A stretch of DNA of 22,842 nt. Source: a candidate division WOR-3 bacterium (GTDB taxonomy: Bacteria > Hydrothermota > Tepidihabitantia > Tepidihabitantales > JAOUPE01). Below, piece by piece: positions 18,970-22,842 of this stretch (position 1 is the first letter of the stretch; each line of letters starts with the position of its first letter). The stretch is from positions 1 through 22,842 of the forward strand of contig JBDRUX010000030.1 in the NCBI GenBank assembly GCA_039801565.1, given 5' to 3'. The notes below the pieces were generated by a model. The model saw only the letters and a program-made list of their open reading frames with translations. It had not been told where the DNA came from and did not search any database. A program made the position numbers and the translations under genes.

Positions 18970-19023
18970 GGAGCGGTGCGATGCATCGTGCAAGATAAAA
19001 GTTGCATCAATGCGACCGCTATA
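18970..19023. repeat. REPIN-like inverted doublet of short palindromes
   Basis: Outer arms agcggt...accgct; inner palindromes gtgcgatgcatcgtgc and gttgcat-ca-atgcgac. Confidence 0.55.
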
Positions 19024-19041
19024 ATCTCAAAGGAGGTAAAG

Positions 19042-20745
19042 ATGAAGCATTTACTAATAATCTCAATAATAATAATAATAACGCTTGGCTTTGGTGCGAA
19101 TATCATTCGGGCACCAAAGATAGAAGCGGTAGGAATAAAAGAGACTTTTCTTTCGGTGCGACCACCTGTACCAAAATCACTGACGAGTTTAGACCAGCAC
19201 ATCATTGACATCATCCCTGACTTACGCTCCACTGCCGGAACTGCTGGCAAGAATATTGTCCTGGCTGAAGATGGGCATAGTGTGGCAGTAATCTATGGTA
19301 GAGAAAGTGGCGATCCGGATAATATAATGGTTATCTGTATTGCCTATTCTACCGACCTTGGCAGTACTTGGCTCTATTACGGTTCACTCAGTCCAATGGT
19401 TAGGCGAGCTTATTCAGCTATAGACGCTGAAGACGATTTCGCAACAACCGGACTGGTTCATTTTGCTTGGCATGAGGCAACACGAATCAGCGGTAGTTAT
19501 GACTCCAGCCCGTGTTTCTATATCCGGGAAACAAGTTATCCAGACGGTACCTTCTATCCATTTCGATTTCGTTTGCCTAATAGCGGGAGACGCGATGTCT
19601 GGACACCTTGCATCGGAGTTAGAGATAGCGTTGTTGTAATCACGGCGATGAATAATGGGACTTATGTTATAACTTATGACTGTTATATTTGGCGTTCTAC
19701 GGATTATGGCGTAACTTGGGATAGTGGTAGGGTCTTTTTACCTTTTCCCCAAGTTGATTATGCACCCCATTTCCGTTTCGGTTCGGACGGTTATATCTTT
19801 TTCCTTTGGTGCAAGGAAGATTCTGGTGGCTATTGGCCCTATTATTGTGAATCTTATAACTATGGTTTAACTTGGACTCCACCGCAATTACTCTGGGGCA
19901 ATAATCCGCCTTATCCCAATATGTCAGGTGTGACGTGTTGGGGGGAATATGACTGCGAAGTGGTGCGAGATACGCCAGTGGTGGTGGTAAACCTTAGTTC
20001 TGACAATTCCTCTTACGGTGAGACTTGGGTCTATTATCCAGTTCCGGAAAGTGGTGGCGGTTGGCAATTTATTGGGAAAAAGTTGGTCGGTGGTGATTCA
20101 ACCGCACCGCAGCGATATTCCCGTTTTCCCACTATTGCCGCTGATGACTATGGCAATATCTTCATCGGCTATCAGAAAATCTTTGAGACACCGAACGATA
20201 CCGGACCGGACTGCGGAATGTTCATTCGTTATGCGGGTAAAGATACCTGGTATGATTATGGCAGGATTACCTTTAATGCTGGCGCTCTTGAAGAGAGGGA
20301 TCTTGAGTTTGCTCATAATGCGCCAGTTATTGCTGGTGGTGATTCAACCCTTGTCGGAATGATTTATCACAATGCCGGGACTTATCCAACCAGTGGTAAC
20401 CTCTACTTTGATTATGTGGTCGTGCCTTCTTTTCCTGGTATCCAAGAAAGCCAACAAAAATCAACCATAGAACAGATTAAAGTTTATCCCAACCCTTTCC
20501 GCAATTCAGTAAGATTTATTCTACCTGCTCAAATTGGCGAAGCAAAGATTTTAATCTATGATGTTACTGGCAGATTAGTCACAAGCCACCCGATTCGGGT
20601 CTCACGAGAGGGTCGATTCGACCAGCCACAAGCCACCAGTCACTGCTTTATTTGGGATGGCAGTAAAGCAAGCCCTGGGGTCTATTTCTATAAGGTTGAA
20701 AGCCCGAATGGAAAATATCAGGGCAAGATTATCCTAACCCGATAA
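19042..20745 (+). CDS. Secreted Asp-box propeller protein with T9SS CTD, paralogue B
   Basis: Start moved to ATG 19042 (AGGAGG SD; MKH start like A and C); STDLGSTW, STDYGVTW, SYNYGLTW; VYPNPF...GKIILTR. Confidence 0.8.
   Translation: MKHLLIISIIIIITLGFGANIIRAPKIEAVGIKETFLSVRPPVPKSLTSLDQHIIDIIPDLRSTAGTAGKNIVLAEDGHSVAVIYGRESGDPDNIMVICIAYSTDLGSTWLYYGSLSPMVRRAYSAIDAEDDFATTGLVHFAWHEATRISGSYDSSPCFYIRETSYPDGTFYPFRFRLPNSGRRDVWTPCIGVRDSVVVITAMNNGTYVITYDCYIWRSTDYGVTWDSGRVFLPFPQVDYAPHFRFGSDGYIFFLWCKEDSGGYWPYYCESYNYGLTWTPPQLLWGNNPPYPNMSGVTCWGEYDCEVVRDTPVVVVNLSSDNSSYGETWVYYPVPESGGGWQFIGKKLVGGDSTAPQRYSRFPTIAADDYGNIFIGYQKIFETPNDTGPDCGMFIRYAGKDTWYDYGRITFNAGALEERDLEFAHNAPVIAGGDSTLVGMIYHNAGTYPTSGNLYFDYVVVPSFPGIQESQQKSTIEQIKVYPNPFRNSVRFILPAQIGEAKILIYDVTGRLVTSHPIRVSREGRFDQPQATSHCFIWDGSKASPGVYFYKVESPNGKYQGKIILTR
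20577..20660 (+). repeat. Composite heptamer/double-palindrome element, copy 2 (in frame)
   Basis: agtcaca agccacc [33-bp core 20591-20623] agccaca agccacc agtcact; perfect palindromes acccga-t-tcgggt and ggtcga-t-tcgacc. Confidence 0.9.
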
Positions 20746-20803
20746 GGAAGGAGGTGCACGCCAAAAATTCAAAATTTGAAATTATTCGGAGAAGGGGGAT
20801 ACG

Positions 20804-22510
20804 ATGAAACATTTAATAACAATCATAACCATAATAACGATTGGTTTTGGTGCGAAACGGATTCAAGCGCCTAAGGTAGAAGATGTGCCAATTAAAGGAA
20901 ATTTTGAATCAACTCTTTCTCAGCCGATTCCGCCGCCGAACAGTTTAGACCAAAGTATTATTGCCTCGATTCCGGATTTACGCTCTACGGCTGGTTCACC
21001 AGGCAAGAATATTGTCTTTGCTGAAGATGGGCAAAATGTTGCCGTAATCTACGGACTATTTTCTGGCGACCCGGAAAATATAATGCAGGTATATGTCTCT
21101 TATTCGACTAACCGGGGATTAAGTTGGATACAGTACGGACCACTTTCGACTTTCAATGCCCGAAGGGTTTATCCTGGTTTGGATGCGGAACAAAACTGGC
21201 CCGACCCGAACGATTTAAGGGTCAATTTTGCCTGGCACCAAGCAGTACGTGTTAGTGGAACTTATGTTGCCAGTCCGACCTTTTACGCAAAAGAGGTTAG
21301 TTATCCGGATGGTTTGATAACCGCGGCATTCGAATTGCCCAATAGCGAAGATTGGGATGTCTGGTTACCTTGCATTGCGGTCAAGGACAGTTTTGTCATA
21401 TATACCGCAACGAATAACGGCACCTATCTAACAACTTATCACGGTTATATCTGGCGTTCAACCGATTATGGTGAAACTTGGGACCAAGGCAGAATCTTCT
21501 TTGAGGGTCCTTTGGAATGGATGGCTGGTCCCCATTTCCGATTTGGTTCGGACGGTTATATCTTCTTTTTGTGGAATCGTCAGTTAGAGTCGAATCCCGA
21601 CCTTTATTGGCCCTATTTCTGTGAATCTTTTGATTATGGTTTAACCTGGACTGAGCCTCAAGTCCTTTGGCAAAATAATCCACCTTATCCGGATATGTCG
21701 AGCGTGCGAAGTTGGTGGTATAAATATGATTGTGAGGTGGTACGGGATACGCCAGTGGTGATTATTGAACTGAGTCGAGAAAATTATGACTATGGTGAAA
21801 TTTGGGCATATCGGCCGGATTCGGGTGGTCCTGGTCATTGGCATTTTAAAGGTGTGAAGTTAGTGGGCGGTGATTCGACCGCACCCCAACTTTATGCCCG
21901 CTCGCCGACCGTTGCTGCTGATGATTTAGGCACAATCTATGCCGGCTATCAAGCAATATTTGAAACCCCAACTGATACCGGACCCGATGTCGGACTCTTC
22001 TTCCGTCCTGCTGGCCGGGATACCTGGATTGACTATGGCTTAATTACTAATAATGGTTCAGCAATTGAAGAAAAGAATTGTGAATTTGCTCATAATGCAG
22101 CAATTGTTGGCACCCAACCCAATGATTCAGTAATTGTAGCAATGATTTTCCATAATGCCGGGGATTATCCATCCAGTGGCAATCTCTATTTCCATTATAT
22201 TGCGATACCTTATGACTCGATTCGGCAATATCAGGCGATTAGCGAAATAAATCGCCCAAGGCTAAAACAGTTTACGGTTTTGGCATCACCCAATCCTTTC
22301 CGCAAAACGGTAAGATTTATACTGCCTTCGGCAAGCGATGAAGTGAAGATTTCAATCTTTGATGTTACTGGCAAGTTGGTGCGGGAATTGGATGGAGCGG
22401 TATGGGATGGAATAAATTCGGACAGAAGCCAAGCCGATGCCGGTGTCTATTTTTATACCGTATCTTCTGGCAACCACATTGCAAACGGTAAAATCGTCTT
22501 AACCCGTTAA
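20804..22510 (+). CDS. Secreted Asp-box propeller protein with T9SS/FlgD-type CTD, paralogue C
   Basis: Collinear with A and B; lacks the CTD insertion (DVTGKLVRELDGAVWDG); ends GKIVLTR. Confidence 0.8.
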   Translation: MKHLITIITIITIGFGAKRIQAPKVEDVPIKGNFESTLSQPIPPPNSLDQSIIASIPDLRSTAGSPGKNIVFAEDGQNVAVIYGLFSGDPENIMQVYVSYSTNRGLSWIQYGPLSTFNARRVYPGLDAEQNWPDPNDLRVNFAWHQAVRVSGTYVASPTFYAKEVSYPDGLITAAFELPNSEDWDVWLPCIAVKDSFVIYTATNNGTYLTTYHGYIWRSTDYGETWDQGRIFFEGPLEWMAGPHFRFGSDGYIFFLWNRQLESNPDLYWPYFCESFDYGLTWTEPQVLWQNNPPYPDMSSVRSWWYKYDCEVVRDTPVVIIELSRENYDYGEIWAYRPDSGGPGHWHFKGVKLVGGDSTAPQLYARSPTVAADDLGTIYAGYQAIFETPTDTGPDVGLFFRPAGRDTWIDYGLITNNGSAIEEKNCEFAHNAAIVGTQPNDSVIVAMIFHNAGDYPSSGNLYFHYIAIPYDSIRQYQAISEINRPRLKQFTVLASPNPFRKTVRFILPSASDEVKISIFDVTGKLVRELDGAVWDGINSDRSQADAGVYFYTVSSGNHIANGKIVLTR

Positions 22511-22513
22511 TTG

Positions 22514-22526
22514 TAAGTTATTGATT
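22514..22526 (-). promoter_or_regulatory. IHF-consensus site
   Basis: Minus strand AATCAATAACTTA matches WATCAANNNNTTR. Confidence 0.4.
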
Positions 22527-22546
22527 TTTCCATAGGATAGACAAGA

Positions 22547-22571
22547 GGGGGCTAGCCAGGGGCTAGCCCCC
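22547..22571. terminator. Perfect GC-rich hairpin, possible terminator or element end
   Basis: gggggctagcc-agg-ggctagccccc, 11-bp stem starting 36 nt after the stop of paralogue C; no plus-strand U tract. Confidence 0.5.
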
Positions 22572-22652
22572 ATACGGTATAGGAGGCGGTATCAGGTTTA
22601 GGTGTTAGACTAACCCGGTAGGTTACCAAAGGAGATGTCTTAGAAAAAGGTC

Positions 22653-22772
22653 AAAAGGTAGATTAGAAAGTGGGTTGGTGAGTTAACTGGTAAGCAGGTT
22701 TGGAGGCAACTTCCGAGGTAGGTTAGGTAGCGACTTGGTGGGTAGCCTGGTAGGTAATCCTGCAGGTCACAT
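22653..22772 (+). repeat. Degenerate 12-bp-periodic non-coding array, 10 in-phase units
   Basis: All ten 12-mers have RGY at positions 5-7 and R at 9; nine end in T. Confidence 0.75.
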
Positions 22773-22790
22773 AGAGTTATGTGCTATAAT
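22768..22790 (+). promoter_or_regulatory. Extended -10 promoter with overlapping operator-like palindrome
   Basis: TG-c-TATAAT at 22782-22790; CACATA-N4-TATGTG at 22768-22783. Confidence 0.5.
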
Positions 22791-22816
22791 GTCTGCAAAA
22801 TGGAGAAAGGATAAAT

Positions 22817-22842
22817 ATGACGAGAAAACAGAAGAGACCCAG
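22817..22842 (+). CDS. Possible start of a gene running off the window (MTRKQKRP...)
   Basis: AAGGA SD-like motif 5 nt before ATG, downstream of the extended -10; too short to identify. Confidence 0.35.

Noticed and set aside
18976..19041. GTG start for paralogue B
   Set aside because: Lies within the REPIN-like repeat; ATG 19042 has an SD and matches the MKH start of A and C.
18804..20660. 74-bp near-identical pair as a DGR template/variable repeat
   Set aside because: Only one difference (G/T), not adenine-specific; both copies are coding; no reverse transcriptase in the window.
22653..22772. CRISPR array or protein-coding repeat
   Set aside because: No identical 23-47 bp repeats with spacers; no long ORF spans it and the periodic frames contain stops.

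Overview
Bacterial chromosomal window, probably from an anaerobe of the FCB-associated candidate division WOR-3 (inferred from gene style only). The core genes are an orphan hypF, a five-gene redox operon (DUF438/hemerythrin/PAS protein, AhpE-like peroxiredoxin, nitroreductase, glutaredoxin, ferredoxin:disulfide reductase with a rubredoxin domain) and the divergent recA-recX-alaS operon. Six secreted beta-propeller proteins carry T9SS-type C-terminal sorting domains (CTDs), three of them as a tandem, mosaic set of paralogues. The most unusual signals are small DNA elements. (i) A composite element, a 7-bp tandem array interrupted by a 33-bp double palindrome, sits in frame at the same CTD position in two paralogues. 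(ii) Other short repeats sit in frame in a third CTD and in hypF. (iii) REP/REPIN-like relics occur between genes. (iv) Degenerate non-coding 12-bp-periodic arrays with the same consensus and polarity occur at both ends of the window. No CRISPR array, rRNA, tRNA, transposase, integrase or reverse transcriptase was seen. All calls were made by eye without database searches.
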